Made by a program: the position numbers and the translations under genes
From: a virus
IMG/VR virus record: IMGVR_UViG_3300049914_000251
Location: 1-64,000 of that record
DNA length: 64,000 nt
Strand: one strand, 5' to 3'
Notes under the pieces: model-generated
What the model saw: the letters and a program-made list of their open reading frames with translations, nothing else
Told to the model about the DNA's origin: nothing
Database searches by the model: none
Shown: piece by piece, positions 38,161 through 47,267 of the stretch
Layout: each line of letters starts with the position of its first letter
Numbering within the stretch: the first letter of the stretch is position 1

Positions 38161-38916
38161 TTACTTTTTCATTAACGTAGAAGCCACTACGATTGCCGTC
38201 AGCCTTTGATTTCCCCCGGTTGCAAGTATCTCCAACGCAGCTACAAGCTTACGATTATACCCGCCACCCACCAAAATTTGCTTCAACTCGGTCTCTAATA
38301 TCTCGTTATCGACGTCCTGCCACTTAGAAATCACCCTAAACACCAGCTCCCAGTCCCTGTCCTCTACAGCCTTAATAAATGATTGTACGGCTGCGTTAGA
38401 TTGCTCTTTTGCATACAACCTCAACGCTTCACCCGGAGAACCTACATGACAATACCTTTCAGCCACTGGCCTGGACATCCCCCGCAGCATCAGCACTTCG
38501 GTAACTTCTTCCTGTGACAATGACAAAAACCTTACCCGCTTACATCGAGATACTATTGTTTCGGGTAAGGCTACAGACGACACCAGGATAATAATCACGT
38601 TATTTGGCGGTTCCTCTAACAGCTTCAACATAGCGTTAGGTGCCTCTGGAGTATGCCTGTCCATGTCCACTATCAAAACCTTAGAACCGCTGCCAAACGG
38701 TCTTATACTTGCTACGTCTATCAGATGCCTCGCTGCCTCTACGCTTAATACGTCCTTGAACACAAAAACATCTACAGGATCCGCCACCATCAAAGCCGCT
38801 TTCTCAGCAGCCACAGACTTACCGACTCCTGCAGGCCCGTCTAATAAAATCACGCGAGCCGTAGAAACCATGTTGTCCAATGTCTCGCACGCTGAACAGT
38901 TACCTATAACTTTCAC
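38161..38916 (-). CDS. holB: DNA polymerase III delta'/gamma-tau-like clamp-loader AAA+ subunit
   Basis: GPAGVGKS, NAMLKLLEEPP, TIVSRC. Confidence 0.85.
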   Translation of the reverse strand: MKVIGNCSACETLDNMVSTARVILLDGPAGVGKSVAAEKAALMVADPVDVFVFKDVLSVEAARHLIDVASIRPFGSGSKVLIVDMDRHTPEAPNAMLKLLEEPPNNVIIILVSSVALPETIVSRCKRVRFLSLSQEEVTEVLMLRGMSRPVAERYCHVGSPGEALRLYAKEQSNAAVQSFIKAVEDRDWELVFRVISKWQDVDNEILETELKQILVGGGYNRKLVAALEILATGGNQRLTAIVVASTLMKK

Positions 38917-38924
38917 TACCTATT

Positions 38925-38954
38925 ATCCTACCATACTTCCTTGTTTCTTGTCAA
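38925..38954 (-). promoter_or_regulatory. sigma70-type promoter
   Basis: TTGACA-N18-TAGGAT with TG extension, upstream of holB. Confidence 0.6.
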
Positions 38955-38985
38955 GAATAGAAGTTTACGAAGACCTATACCAAAT

Positions 38986-39420
38986 TTATTTCGGTCCCTT
39001 GTCTATGATTAATATGCCGTCCAGGTGGTCAACTTCATGCTGCACTATCCGGGCTTCCAAACCCTCCAATGAATATTCCGCCGGACCTCCCGGATTTAAT
39101 ACCTTCACAATAACGCACCAGCTACGAACTACCTTAACCTTGACACCAGGCAAACTCTCACAACCTTCCTGAAATTCCACTATTATATCCGAACGATACG
39201 TGATCTCTGGATTGATCAATACCCTAAGAACATGATTCACAGGTACACAAATCACCCGGATATTGAACCCGAGCTGATTGGCTGCTAAACCGGCACATTT
39301 CTTATCCGCACACATATAATTCAGCAACGCCCTGGCTACCGGGTTCACATCAACTTCCGCCGTTACTGGCTTGCACGCCTTCCGAAGCTTGGCTATGTTC
39401 GTCACTACCTTGATTTGCAT
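38986..39420 (-). CDS. def: peptide deformylase
   Basis: GLAANQ, EGCES, QHEVDHLDG. Confidence 0.93.
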   Translation of the reverse strand: MQIKVVTNIAKLRKACKPVTAEVDVNPVARALLNYMCADKKCAGLAANQLGFNIRVICVPVNHVLRVLINPEITYRSDIIVEFQEGCESLPGVKVKVVRSWCVIVKVLNPGGPAEYSLEGLEARIVQHEVDHLDGILIIDKGPK

Positions 39421-39452
39421 CTAATACCTTCCTTTGTTCCTTGAACTCTGAC

Positions 39453-39743
39453 TTAGACCTGCGCTTGGCATTCTTGACCCGTGTCCTGCGCATTACCTGA
39501 TTCTTCAACTTGCTGCCCGTTACTGCTCCCGGGCTGTTTTTCCTCTTCTTTTCTTCCTTCTCGGCCATCAGCTTCTCCCCCCTTCACTAATTGCGGTATT
39601 GGAAACTTGGTCCCATCCAAAAAACAAACCCAGCATCCCTCACCACCAGAATAATATGTTTTGCTTTGATGACATTCAGGACATTCCAACGCCGGACCTA
39701 TGGTTTTAGCTTTCTTATCTATCAAACGCTCGACCTTCTCCAT
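39453..39743 (-). CDS. hypothetical zinc-binding protein
   Basis: CPEC..CWVC; SD present. Confidence 0.5.
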   Translation of the reverse strand: MEKVERLIDKKAKTIGPALECPECHQSKTYYSGGEGCWVCFLDGTKFPIPQLVKGGEADGREGRKEEEKQPGSSNGQQVEESGNAQDTGQECQAQV

Positions 39744-39751
39744 TTTTCTCC

Positions 39752-39840
39752 TGGTGGGCAGGATAGGATTTGAACCTATTCAGGCCTTTCGACCGCCAGA
39801 TTTACAGTCTGGTGCGACTCCCCGTCTTCGCCGCCTACCC
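39752..39840 (-). tRNA. tRNA-Tyr(GTA)
   Basis: CCAGA-CTGTAAA-TCTGG arm, long variable arm, encoded CCA. Confidence 0.88.
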
Positions 39841-40229
39841 ATAAATCAAATACTCCCAGCACTTCATTGGTCATATCATCAAGCTTAACAATTTTTCCAA
39901 TGTAAAGATTTGCCAGCTCTATCTCTTTATCGTTGTACGTTATTGACATACGATCTCTAATCCAGCCCCTTCCACCAGACCGTACCCCCAAACACCTTTT
40001 TGCATCTTATCCCTCTTCGACAGACTTTACTTTTCCAATTTTAGCCCCTCGCGCAAACCCATCAAAAATGTGCCCATTCCATATGTGAACAGCCACTCTC
40101 CGAACTCTTTACCGGCCTGTTCATACGTCTCCAAAGGAGACGACACTACGGCTTTGATGCTAACCCCTGACCCTTTCAAACCACGCTCAACCCATACGGG
40201 TATCACGAACTGCTTCTTCATTTTGCCTC

Positions 40230-40493
40230 CTAGCACACCCTAAAATCTTTATTAGGAATGAACCCGACCTCGATCAACCCCGCTGCTATATCAGCGATGT
40301 ACCGGTGCTCCACCACAACGCCATCTCCCTGCTTCTGATATGACTCATAATGAACACTCTCTTTTATCCAGACCTTAGCCCCATCACTGATTGGAGTCAA
40401 CACGAACACTGTCTGCAATCTTGCAGCTTTGAGAGCCATTCTCTGATGATTGCTACTCATTTCACCCTCCCGTATTGTAATTACTCCTGTCAT
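40230..40493 (-). CDS. hypothetical protein
   Basis: ORF with SD. Confidence 0.55.
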   Translation of the reverse strand: MTGVITIREGEMSSNHQRMALKAARLQTVFVLTPISDGAKVWIKESVHYESYQKQGDGVVVEHRYIADIAAGLIEVGFIPNKDFRVC

Positions 40494-41210
40494 TTCGTAT
40501 CCTCCCTAACAATTTCGCCAGAACCCCTCTTACTTTCTTAGCCTTGTCCCGCAGTTCCTGCAGCTGCGCTAACCCAGATTTACACCCCAAACTGTTTCCG
40601 GTTATCTGTTCAAACCGCACCAGAAGATTTAACCTTGCATCAAGCCAGCTCTGCTTATAAGCGGTGAACCCCAGACCGTCCTCTAGCTCCTGTACTGTAA
40701 TATTTCTCTTTTTGGCTGTGTTCTGGATCCAAATCCCCAAATTACTGTCACCAGCAAATGCCCCGGCCTCGATGGGGGCAGCCCGTAATACATACAGATG
40801 GCCTCAAAGATACTGCCAGGGGTTTGATAGACCTCTAATAAGCTGTTAATGCCTCCAAGAGCCTTATCACCAGAAGCACCTGTATCTCTCAGCAGCTTAT
40901 CAAGATCCACTTGCTGTAAAGCCTTGCCATCATTACCTGTTATTGTCTGCTCCTCACTATCATAAATTGCGTTATAATTATCTTCCGCCTGCACGTTCAC
41001 CCCACCACAAATAGGACAGCGCAACTCAAAGGACTGCATCTCAACAGGCGCATCATTAACATCATAACCAGTAGTTAAAGTCACCGGTTGATGCCTAACC
41101 TGGTCCTCAGGTCCGTACCACAAACAATCCTGACAACTCATTTTCATTTTCATTTCCATCACTTTACCTTCTTCCATTAACAGGTTACCATAAAACTTGT
41201 ATCCAGTCAA
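40462..41210 (-). CDS. hypothetical protein, probably one gene frameshifted at a C5 run (40774-40778)
   Basis: Two overlapping ORFs; the downstream one lacks an SD and its frame is open back through the homopolymer. Confidence 0.4.
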
Positions 41211-42559
41211 TCATGTAAAAAATCAAACTCCTCCCTAAGAATTCTCTCTGCAGTTTCCTTATCTTCCGGATCCAGCTTACCGTCCAGCACCAGGCCTAAA
41301 AGATAATCCTTCAACTCACCTATCCGCTTACCCGGCACCAGACCAAATCGTTCCATTATCTCATCCCCGGTCAGTGGAGATACTATCATTTCGGGATGCT
41401 CTGTTAAACACCCCTCCACCACCTTCTCCAATCTGGATACAAACTCCTGTCTTGGAGATGCACTAGAGTACAAATCGCAGCGTACCAGTGACAGCAACAT
41501 CCTGACGTAATCCGGACCTATCTTCCGAATCATCCTGCGAATTACGGCCCTCTTCAGGCTCTTTTCCTTCTCTAACAGAATAGGATACATGTGAAACTTT
41601 ATCAGCGTATAGACAGCTTCTATAGTATCTGTATCAAACCTAAGAGCCTGGAGCCGGTCCTTAGCCATCTCAGCCCCAACATCCTGATGCCCGTAAAAAT
41701 GAACGTCATTATCATCTTCCGTTCGAGTAACGGGCTTCGCTATATCATGAAGAAGACACGCTAACCTGAACTTAAGATTACTCTCCCCGAAATCAATCGC
41801 TACAGACCTCTCCAGCACATCCATAGTGTGTTGAAAAGCGTCCTTAATATGATGCCTCCCCTGATTTATGAGAAGCAATTGCTCTATTTCTGGGATAATA
41901 TACTGCATCAAACCAAATGCACAGAGATTCCGTACCCCGAAAGACGGATTGGGAGACTCCAGAATCTTTACCAGCTCATCATGTATTCTCTCCGATGAAA
42001 TGATCTCCAGCCTTTCCGGATGCTCCATCTTTATATCTTGAAAACCGAACCCCAGCTGAGAAGCAAACCTTATAGCTCGCATCATCCTAAGTGGATCCTC
42101 TTCGAACCTCTGTGTTCCGCCTACTAACCTGATGAGCCTTTCCTGAATATCCTGAATCCCACCGAAATAATCATAAATAGCTCCATTAATAGGCCTTCTA
42201 GCTATGGAGTTAATGGTAAAATCGCGCCTCCTCAAATCCTCCATAAGACTGTAACCGAACTCCACCTTGGGCTTTCTGGAGTCCTGTGGGTATATCTCAG
42301 CCCTGAAAGTGGTTATCTCCAACTTCAACCCTTCATGCATCAGACCTATGGTGCCGAACTCTTCCCCCACCGTATAGATATCCCCAAGATCATGAAGCAA
42401 CAGCTTTATCACTCCCGGGGTAGCGTCAGTACAGAAATCATAATCGCTAGGCTCCCGTCCCATAATGGAATCGCGCACAGAACCGCCTACCTCCAGGAAC
42501 TGATATCCGGAGCCTTCAAACCTCTCTGCTATTGTCCTGAACAGCTCTGTCTTAATCAT
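41207..42559 (-). CDS. cca: CCA tRNA nucleotidyltransferase (class II, with HD domain)
   Basis: VGGSVRD, DYD, EITTFR, DLRRRDFTIN, EDPLRMMRAIRF, LLHDIAK. Confidence 0.93.
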   Translation of the reverse strand: MIKTELFRTIAERFEGSGYQFLEVGGSVRDSIMGREPSDYDFCTDATPGVIKLLLHDLGDIYTVGEEFGTIGLMHEGLKLEITTFRAEIYPQDSRKPKVEFGYSLMEDLRRRDFTINSIARRPINGAIYDYFGGIQDIQERLIRLVGGTQRFEEDPLRMMRAIRFASQLGFGFQDIKMEHPERLEIISSERIHDELVKILESPNPSFGVRNLCAFGLMQYIIPEIEQLLLINQGRHHIKDAFQHTMDVLERSVAIDFGESNLKFRLACLLHDIAKPVTRTEDDNDVHFYGHQDVGAEMAKDRLQALRFDTDTIEAVYTLIKFHMYPILLEKEKSLKRAVIRRMIRKIGPDYVRMLLSLVRCDLYSSASPRQEFVSRLEKVVEGCLTEHPEMIVSPLTGDEIMERFGLVPGKRIGELKDYLLGLVLDGKLDPEDKETAERILREEFDFLHD

Positions 42560-42574
42560 CTTACCTTAAAAACC

Positions 42575-43513
42575 CTATATCTCTTTCTTAAACGACGGAT
42601 TCACTAAATACCCATCGTTAGAATACTCCAAATACTGAACCTCGACACTGATCCCCGAATCTACCCACACCGTGCCCTTAGGAACATTTACCTTACCTTT
42701 AAAAGGACACCCCATCGTTGGCATAGCCTTGAGCCTAATCGTCAAATCTCTAAGCTCTCCATCATCCGGCCCAGAGCCAGCTCTTCCCACATGCACAAGT
42801 TTGCCATCCCGCAGCTCACCCAACACCAAAGCCCCGAAATATTCCTCTCTTGCATTCTTGCCCGGGGTATAACCTATGACCTTAAAAATGCCTTTCTGCC
42901 ATGTCTTGATCTTCAACCAAGCCTTCGGATGCCTATATCCTGGGTAGTAAAAGGAATTTAGCTCCTTTGCCACGATCCCCTCAACACCCAAGGACTTCAC
43001 CCAGCCGAACAACTCCACTCCCTTACCTATCACAAAAGGAGCCTGAAGCGCTAAGCCGCTCGAAATTAAGCACTCACTTATCAGTTGCTTCCTGCAACCT
43101 AATGGTGCCTTCTGCCCCCGGCTAGTAAAATCCACCTCGTTAGCTTCCAAAATATCCCATACCACAAACGTTGCGGGAAACTGCCTTGCAAGTCTTGCCA
43201 CTATCAAAGGATCGGTGTTCTTAATCCTACGTTGAATCCTGTTAAAATTAGGAAGACCATTCTCATCAAAACAGACCATCTCGCCATCCAGCACCACTTT
43301 ATTCCACTTAATTTGCCTCCAAATTCCTTGTAGCTCCGGAAAGCTAGCCGTCATGTTTGTACCCTTCCTACCTATAAAGGACACCTTAGCGCCTTCCTTA
43401 TAACACAAAGCTCGACAGCCGTTATACTTGATCTCATACAGATGTTGATCATCGTCAAACGGCTGCCGAACTAGGGTACACAACATTGGTTGAAACTTCT
43501 CATTCATCTTCAT
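42575..43513 (-). CDS. ATP-dependent DNA ligase (LigD/LigC-type ligase + OB domain only)
   Basis: YEIKYNGCR, LDGEMV, WDIL, EGIVAK, WLKIK, FGALVLG. Confidence 0.92.
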   Translation of the reverse strand: MKMNEKFQPMLCTLVRQPFDDDQHLYEIKYNGCRALCYKEGAKVSFIGRKGTNMTASFPELQGIWRQIKWNKVVLDGEMVCFDENGLPNFNRIQRRIKNTDPLIVARLARQFPATFVVWDILEANEVDFTSRGQKAPLGCRKQLISECLISSGLALQAPFVIGKGVELFGWVKSLGVEGIVAKELNSFYYPGYRHPKAWLKIKTWQKGIFKVIGYTPGKNAREEYFGALVLGELRDGKLVHVGRAGSGPDDGELRDLTIRLKAMPTMGCPFKGKVNVPKGTVWVDSGISVEVQYLEYSNDGYLVNPSFKKEI

Positions 43514-43526
43514 TTCTCTTTCAAGT

Positions 43527-43608
43527 GGGGCCGGTTCTACCTAGATCTACCGCTGTTCCCAGTCGGTTTACTTCCTCATTTCGGAGGTTCTCGATTAGAC
43601 CCGGCCCC
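43527..43608 (-). ncRNA. putative structured RNA, unknown family
   Basis: Closing stem GGGGCCGG.TCTA/TAGA.CCGGCCCC enclosing two internal hairpins. Confidence 0.45.
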
Positions 43609-43621
43609 TCTTCTACGTAAA

Positions 43622-44026
43622 TTATTTGCATTTGCTGTCATACCAGCAGATTGGATGAGGTATTATACGTATCGAAGGAGGAGGCACCACCACAAATTTC
43701 TGCATGCGCTCCGGAATTTCGCCACTTTCCCCTCTGGCCCGAAGCTCTATCCGCAGCTGATGCAGATCAAAAAACTTCAATATCACACCACCTCCAACGT
43801 GGTGCTTTTTCTCCATGTGTATAAAATAAAGTCCGAAATCCTTAACAGCACTCCCGCAAATCCCGCACCTAACCTTACAAGTTGATGTCGGACTTTCGTA
43901 ATAATACCAAGAAAGCTCCCCATGCCTCAAAAGCATGTGCTCACCCTTAGTATACAAACGACCGTCATGATACCCTACATGCTTGCCGCAACCCTGACAA
44001 ATACTTACAGGCCATCTCGCTGTCAT
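43622..44026 (-). CDS. hypothetical zinc-finger protein
   Basis: CQGC..H, CGIC..H...H. Confidence 0.5.
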   Translation of the reverse strand: MTARWPVSICQGCGKHVGYHDGRLYTKGEHMLLRHGELSWYYYESPTSTCKVRCGICGSAVKDFGLYFIHMEKKHHVGGGVILKFFDLHQLRIELRARGESGEIPERMQKFVVVPPPSIRIIPHPICWYDSKCK

Positions 44027-44320
44027 TTACCTGTTTCCACCTTCCTCTTGAAATAAAAACCCGGGGTCAATCCCTCTATCGTCGAGATATCGAGCCAGTT
44101 GTATGTCCAAAGCCCTCTTAAGAGATATGGCAATAAGCCCGCGCTGGCACAGCTCCCGCTGCAACGCGAATTGATATATCCGTCCTCTTGTAAGCAAACT
44201 CTCTGGCACCTTAAACATGGGAAGCTCTCCCACCCGGAACATCGCCTCTTGCCCACGTACTTCAAAATCGGGCAGCTCCTTTATCTGTTGCCTCAGCTCA
44301 TTTAAATCTTCCATCTTCAA
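44027..44320 (-). CDS. hypothetical protein
   Basis: ORF with SD, abuts next gene. Confidence 0.5.
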   Translation of the reverse strand: MKMEDLNELRQQIKELPDFEVRGQEAMFRVGELPMFKVPESLLTRGRIYQFALQRELCQRGLIAISLKRALDIQLARYLDDRGIDPGFLFQEEGGNR

Positions 44321-44328
44321 CCTCTTCC

Positions 44329-45114
44329 TTAAGCTGCCACCGGCTCCGCAGCCTTCACTGATGCTACCAAAGCGTCCAGCAAACCAACTTCCTTAATTGC
44401 CGCGGCCTGTGGTTGAATCTTGACCACCCCACCCGCTAACTTAGCTTCGATTCTCTCTTTCAAAGCCTCGGTGTACTCATCGTGGAAATTTTTCAACTCC
44501 GCCTTCTTCGTTAGCTTAGAGATTAACTGCTTGGCTATCTTCAGCTCATCTTCCTTAGTATCCGCCAGGCCCTCGCTGTACTCTGTTGCATCCCGCAACT
44601 CTGTGGAGTACTTCAGGGGCTGTACAAGCAAGATGTCATTCAACGGCCGAATCAGTACCAGGTGCTGCTTATCCCGTAAGGTATACTTTGCTATGGCTGC
44701 CTTGCCCTCTGAAACGATGCCCGTGAACAGCAGTGCAAACGCCTTCGCGCCACCTTTATCCGGAGTAGCGTAGTAGAAATCGTTCTTAATATACCGCGGG
44801 TCTACTTCCTTTGGGTCTACGAACTCCACTATCTGAATGGTATCTTTATCACCTATTGGCAGATTTTCAAAATCTGCATCGGTCATCTGCAACCACTCAT
44901 CCTTATCCAGTGGATACCCCTTGATAATATCTTCCTGTACCAGATCAATCTTACCGCATTTGGAACAGCGTTTCGGCAGCTCTATCTTACCACCGCATTC
45001 CTTATGCAGCTGATTGAACTTCACCGTGGGATCCTCGTTCCCCTTATATAACTTCACCGGTATCGAAACGAGGCCGAACCCTAAGGTTCCTGCCCAAGTT
45101 GCTCTCTTACCCAT
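44329..45114 (-). CDS. ku: Ku DNA end-binding protein (prokaryotic NHEJ type, short C-terminus)
   Basis: WAGTLGFGLVSIPVKLY, FNQLH, IIKGY, FHDEY...I.AK, LLDALVASV. Confidence 0.95.
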   Translation of the reverse strand: MGKRATWAGTLGFGLVSIPVKLYKGNEDPTVKFNQLHKECGGKIELPKRCSKCGKIDLVQEDIIKGYPLDKDEWLQMTDADFENLPIGDKDTIQIVEFVDPKEVDPRYIKNDFYYATPDKGGAKAFALLFTGIVSEGKAAIAKYTLRDKQHLVLIRPLNDILLVQPLKYSTELRDATEYSEGLADTKEDELKIAKQLISKLTKKAELKNFHDEYTEALKERIEAKLAGGVVKIQPQAAAIKEVGLLDALVASVKAAEPVAA

Positions 45115-45150
45115 CTTTAAACCCCCTTTAGCTTCATTCCTTCTACTATC

Positions 45151-45179
45151 ATACTACCACTAACCTTATAGAATGTCAA
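45151..45179 (-). promoter_or_regulatory. sigma70-type promoter for the ku operon
   Basis: TTGACA-N17-TAGTAT with TG extension. Confidence 0.7.
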
Positions 45180-45251
45180 GCTGTATACCTATCAAAACTT
45201 ACCTGTTTTACTCTCTGAACTACACCCAACCTCCAACATTAGAGGAAATCT

Positions 45252-45319
45252 GACGTTGGGGGAACTTCTGGGAAAATGCTGCCTTATTCACTCGATATTT
45301 AGGCAATTCCCCCAACGTC
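45252..45319. other. intergenic stem-loop with a perfect 13-bp inverted repeat
   Basis: GACGTTGGGGGAA / TTCCCCCAACGTC plus inner TGCCT/AGGCA. Confidence 0.7.
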
Positions 45320-45329
45320 TTACAAATTA

Positions 45330-46304
45330 CTAGTTTTTAGCTGTGAGCAAGTGACTCCAAGCCCGCTGCTTGATCTCGTCACCGCTGCCGAACCAAGCCC
45401 CATACAACCTCTGGTCGTCTCCCTTGTTAATACCCCTGCCGAACTCCCGGTAATAATCCACATACTCCACCAGAGCGTTATAAGCCTTCCACGCCGAATC
45501 CTTAATAGCCGGATTATCCATGCCCCGACCCTTCTCCATGACAGCCAGCACTTTGGCCTTCTCCCGCTCAAATATTGGTCCTGGTTTGTCAGGATGTGCC
45601 ACATCGAAAGCATGCATCAGCAGCTCATCCAGAGCCTCACCCGTAAGCTTATAATCCACCAGGTACTTAGCCTGCTCTTCCCACTTCGCGTAGAACTGCC
45701 CAGCCAACCCCAGCACCTGTCGAGCCATATCCAACTTTGCGGCAATATTAGGTAAATGCCGTGCATAAAATCGCTCACCGCCTCCGCCCAACGCCATCTT
45801 CAAAGTGTTCATGCACACCACGTTAATAGGTGTCCAGAACATTTGAAACGCCAGCTGCCCGTTGTGACTGTTTGCCAATAAGATGTACTTCTCAACGTGA
45901 ACATCCTTAGCTATCACTATCGGCAGCCCCTCGACCTGTGCCAATATCCAGACTATCCCACCGCCCCTCAGACTTCCAGCCGTATGATACTTTGCCTCTC
46001 CGGTGCCTACTACGGAATCAAAGAAGTCAAAGGCCTCCCGGTTCTGTACAGGAGTATACTGCTTCGACACTATGTTGTAGCATGAATCATCTGTCTTACG
46101 CACCACAACATGCTTCCCGGGAACCGGAATATAGATACCACCTTCCCTAGTGGTAAAGGCCGATCGAAGTTCAACTTCCCAATCCAGACCGGCTGCTATG
46201 ATGGCTTCCTGGGCAGTGGCAACCTTATCCAGTTTAGTTCCCAGGCCATGCCAGGGCACACCATCAGCTCCTAAATAGAACATGTTTTCCAACTCTGCTG
46301 ACAT
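45330..46304 (-). CDS. DUF932/DUF945 phage-plasmid protein
   Basis: PWHGLG..A...AGLDWEV, YTPVQN.EAF.FFD, NSHNG, VVCMNTL, W.AYNA.VEY.D. Confidence 0.9.
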   Translation of the reverse strand: MSAELENMFYLGADGVPWHGLGTKLDKVATAQEAIIAAGLDWEVELRSAFTTREGGIYIPVPGKHVVVRKTDDSCYNIVSKQYTPVQNREAFDFFDSVVGTGEAKYHTAGSLRGGGIVWILAQVEGLPIVIAKDVHVEKYILLANSHNGQLAFQMFWTPINVVCMNTLKMALGGGGERFYARHLPNIAAKLDMARQVLGLAGQFYAKWEEQAKYLVDYKLTGEALDELLMHAFDVAHPDKPGPIFEREKAKVLAVMEKGRGMDNPAIKDSAWKAYNALVEYVDYYREFGRGINKGDDQRLYGAWFGSGDEIKQRAWSHLLTAKN

Positions 46305-46326
46305 ACTAGACCTCCTCTTTAATTTT

Positions 46327-46578
46327 TTAATTACAGAAGGGGATTTTGTCTGCCTCTTCTTTCATCCTATCCACTTCAGCATGTATCTGAATCTTACACC
46401 CGGCCTCTGATAATAACCACTCGACCTCGCTATGCGGAATCTTCAACCACCCAATATCCCGCATTGCCTCTTCCCACTCCCAAAACTCGTCCCATTTACC
46501 GGTTCTAAACATCGAACCCGCTGCTTGTTTAATAATTTCAACCCTGGAAACCCTGTGCTCTTTTACAGACCTCTTCAT
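46327..46578 (-). CDS. hypothetical protein
   Basis: ORF in operon. Confidence 0.5.
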   Translation of the reverse strand: MKRSVKEHRVSRVEIIKQAAGSMFRTGKWDEFWEWEEAMRDIGWLKIPHSEVEWLLSEAGCKIQIHAEVDRMKEEADKIPFCN

Positions 46579-46582
46579 AAAT

Positions 46583-46834
46583 CTAATCTTCTTCGGGATC
46601 TTTTCCTACTGGAATAACTTTACCAAAGACTATCTCATCCAGTTTATCCCTTAAAACCCTGTCTTTTACCTGCTTACCTTCCGGTTCGTAGGCCCAACCA
46701 TAGCGGTCGTCAACACCTATCTTCTTATTATCTAAATAATAGAAATGTAGAGATAATACCTCATTCAATCCTACGTTGAATGTATGTAAGTTACCCTTTC
46801 CATCCACCACCTGATACTCTTCCACTCTTCCCAC
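46583..46834 (-). CDS. hypothetical protein
   Basis: ORF directly downstream of a promoter. Confidence 0.5.
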   Translation of the reverse strand: MGRVEEYQVVDGKGNLHTFNVGLNEVLSLHFYYLDNKKIGVDDRYGWAYEPEGKQVKDRVLRDKLDEIVFGKVIPVGKDPEED

Positions 46835-46843
46835 CTCACATCT

Positions 46844-46872
46844 AATATATCATACTACTTATACCATGTCAA
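46844..46872 (-). promoter_or_regulatory. sigma70-type promoter
   Basis: TTGACA-N17-TATATT with TG extension. Confidence 0.7.
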
Positions 46873-46875
46873 CCT

Positions 46876-46949
46876 TGGAGCGGGAAGCGGGAATCGAACC
46901 CGCGTAACCTGCTTGGAAGGCAGACACTCTACCATTGAGTTACTCCCGC
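46876..46949 (-). tRNA. tRNA-Gly(TCC)
   Basis: Cloverleaf, loop CTTCCAA, CCA. Confidence 0.93.
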
Positions 46950-46950
46950 A

Positions 46951-47041
46951 TGGCGGAAGGGGAGGGATTCGAACCCCCGACTCATTTCTGAGTGGTCGGT
47001 TTCAAGCCGACTGCATTTAAACCGGACTCTGCCACCCTTCC
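46951..47041 (-). tRNA. tRNA-Ser(TGA)
   Basis: Loop CTTGAAA, long variable arm, CCA. Confidence 0.93.
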
Positions 47042-47045
47042 ATCT

Positions 47046-47121
47046 TGGTAGCGGGGGAGGGAGTCAAACCCTCTTCTGTGGTTTATGAGACCACCGCCTT
47101 AATCGCTTTGGCTTCCCCGCA
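47046..47121 (-). tRNA. tRNA-Met(CAT), initiator-like acceptor stem
   Basis: Loop CTCATAA; 1:72 mismatch, G2-C71, C3-G70; CCA. Confidence 0.8.
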
Positions 47122-47134
47122 TCGTATTAGATAT

Positions 47135-47209
47135 TGGAGTGAGGAACGGGAGTTGAACCCGTAACTTGGGAGCCACAATCCCGTGCTTTACCACTTAAGC
47201 TATCCCCAC
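47135..47209 (-). tRNA. tRNA-His(GTG)
   Basis: Loop TTGTGGC, CCA. Confidence 0.85.
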
Positions 47210-47213
47210 ATAC

Positions 47214-47243
47214 AAAGCAGCCCCGCTGATATCGGAGCTGCTA
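47214..47243 (-). terminator. possible intrinsic terminator or processing hairpin after clpP paralog 2
   Basis: AGCAGCTCCG...CGGGGCTGCT followed by TTGT (short U tract). Confidence 0.4.
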
Positions 47244-47267
47244 AAACCATACGAAAAGCCAAGTCAC

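Noticed and set aside
43527-43608. tmRNA, tRNA, SRP or hammerhead identity for the GGGGCCG...CGGCCCC element
   Set aside because: No T-arm, CCA, tag ORF, SRP domain IV motif or CTGATGA core
44023-44265. Second overlapping minus-strand ORF
   Set aside because: 44027..44320 has the SD and fits the operon spacing; this frame is redundant
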